From Carcharhinus amblyrhynchos (taxonomy: Eukaryota), in the NCBI GenBank assembly GCA_965287045.1, contig OZ336884.1, forward strand, positions 46,128,001 through 46,192,000: DNA of 64,000 nt. Reading direction: 5' to 3'. Made by a program: the position numbers and the translations under genes. This document shows, one piece after another, positions 1 to 13,299 of this stretch. Each line of letters opens with the position of its first letter. Positions within the stretch are counted from its first letter, which is position 1. Below the pieces are notes generated by a model that was not told the origin of the DNA, searched no databases, and saw only the letters and a program-made list of their open reading frames with translations.

Positions 1-650
1 GAGATGCAGTCACCAAGGCAATTGAAGAGTATTCCATTACACTCCTGACTTATATCCTGTAGATGGTGGACAGCCTTTGGGTAGTTGTGAAGTGAGTTAT
101 ATGCCACACCATTCCAAGCATCCAAACTGCAATTGTAGCCACAGTATTTATGTGGCAAGTCTTGTTCAGTTCCTGGTCAATGGCAACCCCCAGGATGTTG
201 ATGGTGGTGAATTCAGCAATAGTTATGCCATTGAATGTCATTCTTCCTTGTCAGAGATGATTATGACCTGATACTTGTATGGTGTAAATGCTATTTCTCA
301 GACTAAGTCTGTATATTATCCAGGTCTTTCTGCATTTGGACATGGGTTGCTTCAGTATCTTTGAGTCACTGTGAATGGTGCTGAACATGGTGCAATCATC
401 AGTGAATATGCCCATTTCTTGTGACAGAAGGAAGGTCCTTGCTAAAGCAACTCAAGATAGTAGGGTCTAGGACAGTACGCTGAGGAACTCCTGCAGTGAC
501 ATCCTGGGACTGAGATGACTGACCTCTGACCAATGGATGAGTTCCCCCAATTCCAATTAAACCTGTTTTTGTTATGGCTACTTGATGCCACACTCAATCA
601 AATGCTGCTTTGATATCAAGGACAGTTGTTCTCACCTCATCTCAAAACAT
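1..650 (-). mobile_element. Degenerate CR1/L2-superfamily LINE, reverse transcriptase C-terminal fragment
   Basis: Minus-strand ORF pieces 'VTAGVPQRTVLDPTILSCF' (RT motif GVPQGSVLGP) and 'TINILGVAIDQELN...LSTIY'; frameshifted. Confidence 0.8.
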
Positions 651-2657
651 TCATGTCTTAATTTTAAATAATTATGACTTCCAAATAGAAAAAAAACAAT
701 CACACACTATTGAAGAACTAATTGATAACCCATAGAGAATATTCAACTTGAAAAATAGCCTTCAAATTGTTAATTTAATATGTTCAAGATTTCTACACAT
801 TACCAATGTACCAACATGTTAAATTTAATTATGATTGTTTATTTAATGAACAAAAAGTATCTTACCTCAATGACAAACTTCATTCTGAGGATTTTGATTA
901 CAATAAACTAAGTCAGTAATGCTATTTGAAGTACATTTTAGGAAAGGGTGTTTCAAAGAAGATGCTTTGCAACAAGGGTCAGGATTGTTAGAGGCCTTCA
1001 TCCTTCAGCGTACAATTGTAAAAGGAATCATTATTTCAGGAGGGGATACTTTCACCATAAAACAGAAATTGGTTCTCCTATCTGGTTTTTCTTGCTGACT
1101 GCAGAAATTGGTAACCTCGAATCTTAAAAGCCACAAACCACTCATGTGCTAATAGTGACACTTTCAATAGTATGAAACAGTCTCATGGACTACCATTCTT
1201 TCAAGCTTTTACCTTCAAACAAACAGTCAGAAATGTGTAACTGTTTTCATGCTCTACACAACACAACCGTATTGAAAGTTTCCATTACTAACAAGGTCAG
1301 GATTGGTATCGAAGAAAAGAAAATAAGCCAATGTGACCATGACAATGGTCATTGATAGACTTAATGTGTGTATCAGTTGATTGGCTGACTCCTGGCCTTA
1401 AGATCCAGATTGTTTCTTCCACAACTTTCACATGAAGTAATTGAAACTGCCACCTTGAGTGCTACTCCCCTTATTGTGCGCAAAATGCCAAGGTCATGGT
1501 GGTGCATTGAACCAGAAAAAGTGGAAAGAAATGGATGAAAGAAATTTTTTTAAAAAACATGCTCATTGCCTTGGTTTTGCAAAATAAAGTATTTATCATT
1601 GCCAGCTTGAGCTTTTGCAGCTCTTATTCCACTACCAAAATCAAACAGGCAGGACTTATAACAGGACCTGTATTTTGACTCTTTTTCCCAAGGTTGGAAT
1701 CATGATGACCTTGAGTTATTTATGGCACTGATGGGGTATTACGGTGACAAGAAGAGAAAGAGAAGGGAGAGAGGAAGGAATGTTCTGCATGTGCCAGAGT
1801 GATACACTGGAGTACAGAGTGACACGAATAACAATGCCTTTATTTAAATAAAGTATGGTAAAGTAAAGCATGAAAAAATACTTTAATGAAACAGCTATTT
1901 GTATTTTAACATCCTCACCATGGTTAAGTATGCTGGACATGAGGGAGACAGCACACCAATGGGGAAAGTATGGAATTTTTGATGGGAAATTTCATCCCAT
2001 TATATCCAATGTGTTGTAATGCATGTTCAGATAGGTACAATAACAACTTTTAATGGAAAATCCCCCATTTTCCCTGCACCTGCTTCTCTCTTCATGCCCA
2101 ATGTGTTCCAAAATATACTTCAATCTAACAATGCTGCAGAAACACGCAGACACGTTTTACAAAATTTCTATTATACGACCATAATTGACTGAGATTTAAT
2201 TAATCAATCGTACATGCACCTAGTACATTTTGTAACATGTTATAAAAGAGCATCGCCAATTCTTTGTTCATCAAAGACAGCTCCTCTTTTGATCTCTCCA
2301 CCTCCATCCCTATCTTTCCATCCTACTTTAAAATACCTCTCTCTGTCACACATTATGATGTCTCATTCATTTTTGTCTGATTACACCTCTTTGTGGCAAT
2401 TTTCTACAACAAAGGCTTCATAAAGTTGAAAGTAGAGTTGAAAGGAAATAGCTGATAACTGATGAAGGTACAAAAACATTTTGGGCAAGAGATTTAGGGG
2501 GAAACGTGAAGGAGATTTTTTTAAAACATGCTATGGTAATGACCCGGAATCAATGCCTTCATTAGGTGGCGGAAGTGGAGATGAGCAACTATTGAAGAAT
2601 GAAATTTTGTAGGCACTTGTGGGAAATAAACTTGCAAGCCTACGGAGGTAGAGCGGA

Positions 2658-3312
2658 ACATAAGAACATAAGAAATAGGAGCAGGAGTAGGCCATCTAGC
2701 CCTTCAAGCCTGCCCCGCCATTCGATAAGATCATGGCTGATCTAAAAGTTCCACTTACCTGCCTGCTCCCCATAACCCTTAATTCCCTTATTGATCAGAA
2801 ATCTATCTACCTGTGACTGAAACATATTCAACGAGGTAGCTTCCATCGCTTCAATGGACAGAGAATTCCAGAGATTCACTACCCTCAGAAGTTCCTCCTC
2901 AACTCACCCCCTCCTCCCTTATTTTGAGGCTGTGTCCTCTAGTTCTTGCTTCCTAAGTGGAAAGGATCTCTCTACCTCTACCCTATCTAGCCCCTTCATT
3001 ATCTTACATGTCTCTATAAGATCACGCCTCAGCCTTCTAAACTCCAACAAGTACAGGCCCAGTCTATTTAATCTCTCCTCATAAGCTAACCCCCTCATCT
3101 CCGGTATCAACCTGGTGAACCTTCTCTGTACTCCCTCCAAGGCCAATATATCCTTTCGCAAATAAGGGGACCAAAATTGCACACAGTACTCTGGTTGCAG
3201 CCTCACCAGTACCTTGTATAATTGCAGCAAGACCTCCCTGTTTTTATATTCCACCCCCCTCGTGATAAGGCCAACATTCCATTTGCCTTTTTGATCACCT
3301 GCTGCACCTGCA
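2658..3312 (-). mobile_element. Young 5'-truncated CR1 (HER1-like) LINE nested in an older CR1 3' end
   Basis: ORF 2919-3254 'LYKVLVRLQPEYCVQFWSPYLRKDILALEGVQRRFTRLIP'; (TTCTTATG)n tail at about 2658-2675; the flanks join into an older plus-strand CR1 3' end. Confidence 0.92.
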
Positions 3313-4149
3313 GAAGAATGGGACTAGTTTGCTCCAAAAAGAGCAATAGACTCATTGGACCTGACAAAATCCAGCCAACAATTATTAATGCATTAATTTT
3401 TTTTGCAAAAGGAAAGCAACGTGCATGTTGTTTTTTTAAATTTACTTTCATCAGTTTTTTAAAACATTTTCTAGTTCAATGCACTACCCTGACCATGGCC
3501 TTTTCTGCTGTTGTGATTCATGACCTAACTTTTAGCTATTATACGCTCAAGACCAGTGGTAGGAAAAATAATGGAAATCCTCGGAGAGAGCAGAAGAACA
3601 TTGAGAAGCAAAAAATCTCTGGTGCTAAATGTAGTCAGCATCGTTTCGAAAGGAAAAATCTTTCTCCACTAACCTTACAGAATCTTTTGAGAAGCTATTT
3701 TTTGAGACTACAATGGTATAGCAGTTGATGTAATTCACCTGGATTTTCAAGAAGGCCTTCAGTAAGGTTAATAATAGGTTAATGAATTTAAGGTCAGAAA
3801 CGTAGAGTCAGGGTCAAGGGGCAAAATGGATTGCTAGCTGGGTGCAAGGCAGAAAGCAGAGAATGGATCTCAAAGATAATTATTCAGGTGACAGATGATA
3901 TAAAGTATTGTTCCACAAGGATCAACGCTTGGAAAATGACTGCTGTTTATTTGTGTAGTATGAGGTTAACAATTATGCTCATCATTGAAATGCATCACAT
4001 GAAACTAGTCTGATGGAAGGAGCTCTTAATCAAGCCCTTCTGAAGTCCATCTCTGTAAAGTGTAAATAATCAATAAGAGGTCAGCAGTTTCCATGGGTAT
4101 GGTTTCCAGCTCTATCCTATCCACACGGAATCCGGTCACGACAGCAATA

Positions 4150-5060
4150 CACGATGGCAGTGGTCTAGGATCCATTTACAAGGAACCCCAGCTGACACTG
4201 ATAAAAGTGGGAAAAGCTGTCAGTCCAAGAAATATCAATAGAATCAATTGGAGCAACTAATTGTTACCAGAGTCCCACAACAGCCTACTGGAAGTGCAAA
4301 GCGGCATGGAGAAAGTCTTACCTCCTCCTGAGCTCGTAGGCCTCAACCAAGTTGCACACTAGAGAAAATGATGTTGCTAATTCGATCAATAGTGGCTTCC
4401 CGATGGACTTGTTCAAAATGATACGAACAGGTTCATGTTCTCCCTTATGCAATCAGCAGCTGCATCAGTGACATTTTACAAAGACAGAAAATTGAGTAAG
4501 TAACTGCTAAACATGAAGAAGCCATCAAAGCCTTCGATTCCTACTTTAGCTCATGATGCAGTACGATCGTAGACTGGGGCCAAACACAGTTTCTACAGCC
4601 AGGAGCTTGAGGGAACATTATAGGTCTTTTTCAAAAAAAAATCATTGCTTCACAGAAATCTAGGAATGTGGGGCACTTAGGGAGAAGCTCATGTAAGGCT
4701 GTATCATAGTGGGAGGGAGGTGCAGTATTATCAGGCGTCTTACAAGGCAAAGATAATTTCACTTTGTTTGAATTAAGAGTTAGCCAAGCAGACGGAACTG
4801 GGTAAGCAGAACAGACCATTAACCCAGGGTGAAAAGAAGCCTTCCTGAGAACTGACCATCAACTTGATCCAATTCAAAAACCACAGGCCTTTGAGTGCCA
4901 GAGAACAGAGCCACTGTGAGGGCATAGTTAGTGCCATTGTTCCATGTCTGCATTGTGGCAGGAAAACTCAGGCCAGCATAAACATTACCCATTCAAGTGC
5001 TGCATCTACCACAAAAACGGGACATTGTAAAATAGAATGTCTGACAGCAAGAAACTCCAT
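4150..5060 (+). mobile_element. Degenerate Gypsy LTR-retrotransposon gag remnant
   Basis: Hand translation gives 'MEKVLPPPE', 'QVHVLPYAISSCISDIL' and 'HEEAIKAFDSYF', plus a decayed Zn-knuckle region 'PCLHCGRK...KTGHCKIEC' (ORF 4864-5079); many stops. Confidence 0.6.
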
Positions 5061-5262
5061 CTTCAGGTCAAAAATTTAAAGGGACACCATTCCAATCTGC
5101 AAGTGTCCAAGGAATAAATGATACTTAAAAACAGGGTGTATTCTTCCTAGGTGAAAAAATAGAGCTGCAAGCCCTGGCACGTAGATATGATAGTTAATGG
5201 CCAGAAGACAAATTTCAACCGGGCACATGATCAGGCATATCATTTCTTTCTAATTTTTCCAG

Positions 5263-6005
5263 TCATCTACCATATAACTTCACAGCACAGGAGGTATTCC
5301 GCTTAAAATGCAAGCAGAGAAAACTGTTAAATTTCCTTATAATGATATGGAGCTCACAGGTACTCATCATTTCTAATCAACATTGTTCTTATTGAGCTGC
5401 CACGTTTCGTATAGCTTTGCACTTCTTTATTCCTGAATTGCGGAAGAAACTCAAGTTGACTCAATGTTGTGAATCAATCTTCATACACAAACTCCATTCC
5501 TTTAACCATACTGAGACATTATGTATATTTTGTTGCTCTTTGAGGAGATGCTGGATGAGCAGGAAAAACAGGTACACCAAGGATGAAGGTGACCAGCTGT
5601 AAGATGATGTTCTAGATATTAATTTTGCTCTTTCAAGAAAGTGTGGAAAAGGATAATAACCTAAATGTAATTAATTAATGATAATTTATCCCCAAAGGAG
5701 ATTCTGTACCTTGCTTTACTTTTTGAAGACCGCACAGATGATGATGGTGCTACCCCAGATACCTCTGCTGAGGAGGATCAACATTTTATTGACAAAAGCA
5801 ATAAAGATGCAAACCCATCTTTCCATTCTACCGAAGACACAAACGACATACAATGTCAAACTGATGCAGCAATTTTTTTGTCTAAAGAACCAAGACCAGA
5901 GGTTTTTAACTGAGGTGTTTACCATTGTAGAACAAATCCATCCTATTGCTGAAACTGAAGTTAAATCTGGAGATCAAAAATCTACAGAGCATGCCAACAC
6001 CATAG
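5263..6005 (+). pseudogene. Decayed three-exon ORF of unknown origin (exons 5263-5359, 5545-5598, 5698-6005)
   Basis: AG/GT-bounded segments with compatible phases (2-0, 0-0, 0-1). Exon 2 has two TGA codons. Exon 3 is acidic ('EILYLALLFEDRTDDDGATPDTSAEEDQ...') and has a 1-nt frameshift at a T5 run (5903-5907). Confidence 0.3.
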
Positions 6006-6419
6006 GTGTACAAAGTGTAATTTCTCTGCCTTCACATTTTTTTTTTCACTGCTGATGCTGGTGACAGTTTACATTCTGAACAAATCCCAGAGATCTATTA
6101 CTTCTCCTCTCTCAAAGTCGACATAAATTGTCTATGTTAATGGTGATTTTGAAAGACGTGGGGTGGGGAGGCTGTGTGCTGCGTAGTATAAAGGATTACT
6201 AATTATTATGCTAATAGCTGTAGTGCACCATCAGTCATTTCAGATGATATCAGGTCATATGTAACTAGAACCTGAGGGATGAAGGTTTTAATGAAATCCT
6301 GATAAACTTCTGTCTCTTTAAATAGTCAATGAATGTTCATTAGTTTGCAAGAGAATGGTTTCCAGTATCTGCTGGTGATGGTAATACAACTTATATTATT
6401 GATTTGGACTTGAGTCAAA

Positions 6420-7285
6420 AACATGATTACACGTTTTCTAAATTTAAATATGACACCAGCTTGGGGGATATTGAAGAGGATATTAATATTTTGCAAATCA
6501 GGAAAATAATTAGCAAATGAAATTCTACACAGATAATTCTAAGATAGGACATCTTTGTGAGAAGTATAGGGAGATCAATTATTACTCAGAAAGTGCAAGT
6601 CCAAATGGGATAGTAGAATATTAGGATGTTAGAATGTGAACACCTCAACGACTAAAATTTGTGCTTAGCGAAGATATAACAAGGGCAAACCAAACACCAG
6701 ATTTTAAATTCTATCCCTCTAGGATTAAAGTACAGCAATACTGCTAAACCAGTATCAAAATTTAGAAGGACCACAATAAAGGGTGTTTTATACAGTTCTG
6801 TTCATCATTTATAAAAATATAGAAGCATAGGCAAGGGTACAGAGAAGCTTTATAATGATGATGCTGGAAACATGTGAGTATATGTACAGGAAACAATGAA
6901 CAGGCTGCATTGTTTCTCACTTGACAAAAGACTCAGAGCAACCTAATAAAATTCTTTTCAAGTTATGGAAGGTTTTGATAGAGTTTATTAATGCGACAAC
7001 ATGTTTCTTTTAGTGAAGAAGGGTGCAACTGGTGGCCATAATCAAAGATAGTCACCAAGAAATCAGAGGGAATTCAACCTCTCTACTCAAAAAGTGAACT
7101 AAAAATGTGGAATTCACTATCACAATGACTGGTTGAAGTGAATAGTAGATGCAATTAAGGGGAAGCTAGACAAGTATAGGGGGGAGAAGGGACTAGATGG
7201 TCATGATGATAGATTAAAAGAGGAATGATGGGAGAAAGCATATAAAGCGACAAGGACTGATTGGGCCAAACTGCCTGCTTATGTT
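6420..7285 (+). mobile_element. Old, highly degenerate CR1 LINE 3' portion
   Basis: Decayed RT C-terminal and 3' UTR motifs ('tacagttctg', 'gtggaattcactatcaca', 'ttgggccaaactgcctgct'). Confidence 0.6.
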
Positions 7286-8013
7286 CAACGTATCCTGTGC
7301 AATTTCACATCCTTTAAAAGTAAAAACCATAATAGATCATATGCTTTTTCTACTGGATACCATTTAAATAAATGAATGGCTGAACATTTTAAGCAACTTT
7401 GTCAATTATAATAAAATTTAGGGATGCTCCACTGTACACATGAAATAAATGTACAACAACTCTCAAACATTGTCATTTGTCTCCCAATGTCAGAGCAAAT
7501 GTTTTGAGAGCTAGATTTAATTAATTCTCTTAAGTTTTCTAAGTCTCATGCAGTCTTTTCCCAGCAGAAGGTAAAGCATTGCATTGTGATGTATGGACAC
7601 TCCACGGATTTCACACTGGGTCATGTATGCAAACTCAATAATTAACAATAATTAAAACATGATCAGTGAAATTGAAAATGGACTTAATCAAAAATGATAT
7701 TTTTGTAATTCACTCAATAGATGCTTAAAAGTGCTAGACACTACAGGAGCCATTGTTTACTGCACAACAGAAGCTAAATTCTGAATAAATACTCTTAAAG
7801 AAACCTCCAGCATTTCAGATAGTAGAACACTGAATAGTTTTCACTGCAGAAAGCAAAGACAGTTATTCCATATTTCATAATAAGTTGTAGCCAACTATCA
7901 ATATCTATCTGTCGCATTAATAATGCATTGATTATTTGTTTTGTCACCATGAGAATTAGCTGTGTGATAGTGTCCCTGACCGTGGCTACGGCACTCTTGA
8001 AATGCTGCAGACC

Positions 8014-8163
8014 TCAGAAATATATTCCCGTTTTGAAGCAGCGCACTGTGCAGCTACTGTAATCTGCCAGAGTTCGGATGTTTTGGAACATATCCCAGTT
8101 GAGAAGATACATTCTCCACATCTCATCTTCATATGCTCGGATATGGTCACTCTTCTTCAAATT
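8014..8163 (-). CDS. Probable last coding exon of an unidentified protein-coding gene: NLKKSDHIRAYEDEMWRMYLLNWDMFQNIRTLADYSSCTVRCFKTGIYF*
   Basis: Acceptor 'aaatgttcacag|AAT'; 49 codons plus TGA (8014-8016); non-repeat, CpG-retaining, protein-like composition; possible ATTAAA poly(A) signal on the minus strand at 7516-7521. Confidence 0.62.
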   Translation of the reverse strand, partial: NLKKSDHIRAYEDEMWRMYLLNWDMFQNIRTLADYSSCTVRCFKTGIYF

Positions 8164-8429
8164 CTGTGAACATTTGAATACACACAATACTCATAATTTC
8201 AAACAACCTCTTGAGCATCCTCAAGTGTTTCATGAAAGGATTAAGTTTGTTAACTCATACTTTACTATGTACGCAATTATGTATCATTTCACACACTTCT
8301 GCTCTCATTCCTTTCTCTCCCCTCCAAAGTCACCAGATTAACTTCATCTGCACCTCCTTCTCCACTAGCTTTCATATTCAAATGAATCTTTCACCACCAT
8401 CTACCACCACCACTTAGAAACTCCCCTCT

Positions 8430-8648
8430 AAGTCACTTGCCCATCCTGACTTGGAAATGGAAATATATCACCATTCCTTCATTTTCATTGGGTCAAAATC
8501 CTGGAATTATTGCTTTAACAGCACACTGGGTGTATCTATACCTCAGAGACTGCAGTGATTCAAGAAAGCAGTTCACCATCATTTTTTCTGAAGGGCAACT
8601 AGGGATGGACAATAAATGCTGGCTTAACCAGTGAAGTCGACATCCCTT
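8430..8648 (+). mobile_element. 3' end of a CR1/L2-superfamily LINE
   Basis: 'atcctgacttggaa...gggtcaaaatcctggaa...gggcaactagggatggacaataaatgctggc'; the same tail recurs at about 52490-53030, 54750-54820 and 57830-57900. Confidence 0.7.
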
Positions 8649-8649
8649 T

Positions 8650-8948
8650 ATTTATTAGTGTCAATGGTAAGTTTACAAGAACACTGCAATGAAGTTACTG
8701 TGAAAATCCCCTGATTCCCCACACTCCGGCGCCTGCTCAGGTACACAGAGGAAGAACTTAGCATGGCCAATGCACCTGGCCAGCACAACTTTCAGACTGT
8801 GGGAGGAAACTGGTGCATCCTGAGGAAATCCACACAGACACTGACTGAACATGCAGACTCTGCTTAAACAGTGACTCAAGCCAGGAATTGAGCCCAGGTC
8901 CCTGGCACTGTGAGGCAGCAGTGGTAACCATTGTGCCACCATGCCACC
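8650..8948 (-). mobile_element. tRNA-derived V-SINE (HE1-like head) with alternative 3' tail
   Basis: Head 'ggcatggtggcacaatggttaccactgctgcctcacag' with A/B boxes and V-domain; tail 'gagcaggcgccggagtgtgggg...ttttcacagtaacttcattgcagtgtt'. Confidence 0.85.
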
Positions 8949-8984
8949 ATCCATAAAATGAATTTAAAAAGCCTCTCGCACAAT

Positions 8985-10900
8985 GCCATTAAACATTGTT
9001 CCCTCCTTTCTCAGCATTGTTGAGGAGCTGTTCCCTTTGTGATCCCTTGGTCTTTTCTCAGTTACATACAATTCCTTTCAATTTAGTATACTGTAGTCAC
9101 TGCTCACAATGTGGTCTCCTCGACATTGGAGAGCCCATACGTAGATTGGGTGACCACTTTTCGGACCACATCAGTTCATGAGTTTCCAGTTGCCTGTCAT
9201 CTTAATTCTCCACTTTGCGTCCACTATATCATAGAACATAGAACATAGAACATAACAGCGCAGAACAGGCCCTTCGGCCCACGATGTTGCGCCGACCAGT
9301 TAAAAAAAAACAATGACCCACTAATCTAAACCAATCCCTTTTCATCCATAAACCTATCCACGGATCTCTTAAACGCCCCCAAACTAGGCGCATTTACAAC
9401 CGCAGCAGGCAGGGCATTCCAATCCCTCACCACCCTCTGGGTAAAGAACCTACCCCTGACATCCGTCCTATAACTACCCCCCCTTAATTTAAAGCCATGC
9501 CCCCTCGTGCTAGCTTTCTCCATCCGAGGAAAAAGACTATCACTATCCACCCTATCTAAACCTCTAATCATCTTATATGTTTCAATAAGATCCCCTCTTA
9601 GCCGACTTCTTTCTAGCGAAAACAACCCCAAATCCCTCAGTCTCTCCTCATAGGACCTCCCCTCCATACCAGGCAACATCCTGGTAAACCTCCTCTGCAC
9701 CCTCTCCAAAGCCTCCACATCCTTCCTGTAATGTGGGGACCAGAACTGCACACAGTACTCCAAGTGCGGCCGCACCAGAGCTGTGTACAGTTGCAACATG
9801 ACGCTGCAACTCCTAAATTCAATCCCCCTACCAATAAACGCCAAGACACCGTATGCCTTCTTAACAACCTTATCTACTTGATTCCCAACTTTCAGGGATC
9901 TATGTACACATACACCTAGATCCCCCTGTTCATCCACACTATTCAAAGTCCTCCCATTAGCCCTATACTCGACACATCTGTTATTCCTACCAAAGTGAAT
10001 CACCTCACACTTCTCCGCATTAAACTCCATCCGCCACCTCTCAGCCCAGCTCTGCAACCCGTCTAAGCCTCCCTGCAAACTATGACACCCTTCCTCACAA
10101 TCAACCACACCTCCGACTTTGGTGTCATCAGCAAATTTTCTAATCCACCCAGCTATACCCTCATCCAGATCATTTATAAAAATTACAAACAGCAGTGGCC
10201 CCAAAACAGATCCCTGAGGCACACCACTCGTAACCGAACTCCATGACGAATATTTACCATCAACCACCACCCTCTGTCTCCTATCTGCTAGCCAATTCCT
10301 GATCCAATTTCCTAGACTACCCTCAATCCCATACATCTGCATTTTCTGCAGAAGCCTACCATGGTGAACCTTATCAAACACCTTACTAAAATCCATATAT
10401 ACCACGTCAACTGCCTTACCCCCATCCACCTCTTTGGTCACTTCCTCAAAAAACTCAATAAGGTTAGTAAGGCACGACCTACCCGCTACAAAACCATGCT
10501 GACTATCTCCAATCAATTCATTACTCTCCAAATAACTATAAATCCTATCCCTAATAATTTTTTCTAAAACCTTCCCCTTATCCTTGGCCTCCTACAGTGT
10601 TCCAATGAAGGCCAACACAAGCTAAACAAAAGCACCTCATCTTTTGACTGGTCACTTCACAGTTTGCTGGATTCAATATTGAATCCAACAATATTAGATT
10701 GTAACTCTGGTATCCACTCTGTTTTGTTTCTTTGTCTTTTTGAATCTTTCTTCTATTTTCTTTTGGACTCCAGCTATCTAGGATCCTGGCATTCACATCT
10801 CCTCCAGATACATGGCTGGCTTCTTCACTTGTCCCCTGACCATTCATTTTAGCCTTGCAGTATGAAAACTCTTGTCATTTAATCTCTCTTACACTCCACA
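8985..10900 (+). mobile_element. Penelope-like element GIY-YIG remnant (8985-9229 and 10578-10900), split by a CR1 insertion
   Basis: 'NLVYCSHCSQCGLLDIGEPIRRLGDHFSDH' (ORF 8996-9181) continues after the LINE as 'tccttggcctcctacagtgttcc...cacctcatcttt', matching the copy at 50560-50920. Confidence 0.75.
9230..10577 (-). mobile_element. Young 5'-truncated CR1 LINE with uninterrupted RT ORF (9326-10531, 401 aa)
   Basis: RT motifs 'QHGF...RSCLTNL', 'YMDFSKVFDKV', 'SGVPQGSVLGP', 'KFADDTK'; (TTCTATG)n tail at about 9230-9254. Confidence 0.96.
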
Positions 10901-10909
10901 CTATCATCG

Positions 10910-11265
10910 TTGTAATGCAGGAAACGTGGCAGTATTTTGGCACACTGCAAACTTCCACAACCAACATTGTAACAATGACCAGATGATGTATTTTTGTGAT
11001 GTTGAATGAGGGGTTATTTTTGAGCAGGACATCAGATATAACTCACCTGGCTCTTCCTCAAAATAATGTAATGCTATCTTTTACATCCACCTCAGAAGGC
11101 AGACAAGGCCAAGACTTAACATCCTATCCAACACTTCAAGGTGCAACACTGAGAGAATGCTGCATTGGAGCACCCAGCTAGATTATTGTGTTCAAATCCA
11201 GGAGTGGGATTTAAATCCACAACCTTCTGATTTGGAAACAAAAATGCTCCTGCGCCACTGGTGAC
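10910..11265 (-). mobile_element. Deu-domain SINE (SacSINE1/AmnSINE1-like), degenerate
   Basis: Reverse complement reads 'ggtggatgtaaaagatagcattacattattttgaggaagagccaggtgagttatatctgatgtcctg', resembling the Deu domain; homologous to 57935-58290. Confidence 0.65.
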
Positions 11266-11311
11266 ACACATGTTGAAATGTAACATTGACATTCAAATAA
11301 TAAAAACCTCT

Positions 11312-11900
11312 GGGGGCAGAATTCTAAGAACCTCCATCAAGAGGTTTGTAGATGGGGGTTAGCCTTAAAATTTCTCAGATGCCCTTCACACCAGACTTCT
11401 GCCTGCTAAGACCACTCCAAAATTTTAGTGCTGTCCCAGTTCCATCCACAATGTCTGGGCCTCCCCTATCCCAACTGAAGCCCTAGAAAGTAGCCAGTTT
11501 TGATCACTTATGGGCAATTCCCCACACAACCTTAAATTTCAGACTTGGCGAGGATCTTAGAGGCTTGGCAGGCGTGTCCAAAATTTAACCATCTCAGGGC
11601 ATAGGTGGGAAGCAGTTGTGGAAGGGTGGGGGGTGGTGGTGGTGGTAGTGAGAACACCTCCATCAGCAGCATCCTTTTAACATCAGCTCTGGGGCCTGCT
11701 TGCAGTCCTTGTCCTGTTCAAATTAGATTGGCTGGCAACTCTGAAGTGCGACTTCCTGCCCAGTGAGAGATGGAAGTCCCAGCATAATAGTGCTTATTGG
11801 AATATTAAATGGCCAGAGGGCACGCACATCTGCGGGGACGTATTCTTTGCTGACTCTGAATGGCAGGAAAACCCCAACATCCCAAAAATCCTCAGCCTAA
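11312..11900. mobile_element. Probable non-autonomous Harbinger-type element (MITE)
   Basis: GC-richer block starting 'ggggcagaattct' and ending 'aaaatcctcagcc', similar to the terminus of the Harbinger at 46497-46509. Confidence 0.4.
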
Positions 11901-13299
11901 TGTTTTACAATATTTCACTAAAAAGGTCCATTAATAATTTAAAATAATTTTGCTGTAGGCTCCCAAATATCACAAAATCAATTTTCCTCTGTTCAGCCAA
12001 TGATCTGGCATGCAAATCCACTGCCATTTTAGTGTTCCCACATCATTCTACTGAGAAATCTACAGGATTTCTATTTGTTCAATAGGGACACACATTTTTT
12101 CCCCTTGTAGAAACAGAGAAGTCCCAAGAGCTCAGGTGCAGTTCATTATCAATGTTTTATGACCAGCAAGTGTGAATAAGACTACTGTTTGGCACTTAAC
12201 CACTTAAATCATACAATTTTTTTCTGTGTCCAGTGAGAATCACCACACCAGATGAATTATTGATTTGTAATATCTGGAGCCAAGAAGAAAGAATTCTTGC
12301 TCCCAATTGAATTCTTGAAGCAGACATTGGATTAGACTTTTGAACAAAAACTAATCAGAGTGCCATTTTTCTTGAGAAGAAAAACTTGAAAGTATACATA
12401 TCTTTTTCATGGTGCATCTGACACTAGATTAAACTCTCCAGCTGAGTAATTCATTAACTGAATGAGCTATGGTTATAATTCATAATAAGTTTTAAAACAA
12501 GTTCCTTACTTGACTAGTTTTGCTGGTTCAAGTGTGCCATGGTTAATAAAGGTAAATTGCCAAATGCAGTGCACATTTTTAAAAATTCTCATCACTGGCT
12601 ACTCAAAACCTACTCCCAAAGTCCTTACTAATTAAATAGTTGCTATCTATCAACCTGAAAATATGTGCTTTCAGAAAATTAACCTTAATATCTGGTGTCA
12701 ATTAATAACCTTTATCTTGCATTGCATGAAAACTGACAACATTGTAACATTAATACTCTGGGTCAATCAACGAGTTGGAGAAACAGAGAGGGCCATTGCT
12801 GCTGTCAGTCACAGAGCTTGTGTTCTAATAGAGCCTGTTTATTGTATAGATTGTAAAAACAAATTCAGGGAGGCAGTAAATTCATAATTGAATGCTACTA
12901 ATCAAAAGGCTCCTGTCCAGTTGCACCATTCCATATCACTTTGTGAAAATAGCTGAAATATAATGCACTAATATGCTTTGGATATAATTTTTAATTATCA
13001 CCGATCAACCTCGCCAACACCATAAATTAACTACAAGTTAATAAGTCTCATCTCTTCAGGTTTCAGTTGTTGCTGGAGATTCCATAGTCAAAATTGTTAT
13101 AACTTTCATTACTTTTTGTCTTTTAATCCAGTCTATCCTTCAATCCCTTCTTCTTTCAATAACTGATTTGACAATTAATTCATCCACAAACATTTCCCTT
13201 TTTTTAAAATTTCTAGTCTTTCAAAGTGATTAGTTTTGGAGATACACAGCTGCATTTCCTGTTCACTTGAGGATTAGTGTCTCCTTGAAGTGGGAATAG

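Noticed and set aside
867-1001. 44-aa minus-strand ORF ending next to a GTAAG donor
   Set aside because: Short, the stop lies just before the donor, it has no recognisable motif, and it is downstream of the candidate terminal exon; not distinguishable from chance.
4321-4450. Minus-strand exon-like frame 'EPVRIILNKSIGKPLLIELATSF' with a GTAAG donor
   Set aside because: It is the antisense of the decayed Gypsy gag on the plus strand.
9326-10531. 401-aa reverse transcriptase ORF as a host gene or novel RT system
   Set aside because: Typical CR1 ORF2 C-terminus with 3' UTR and microsatellite tail, 5'-truncated and inserted into a Penelope remnant.
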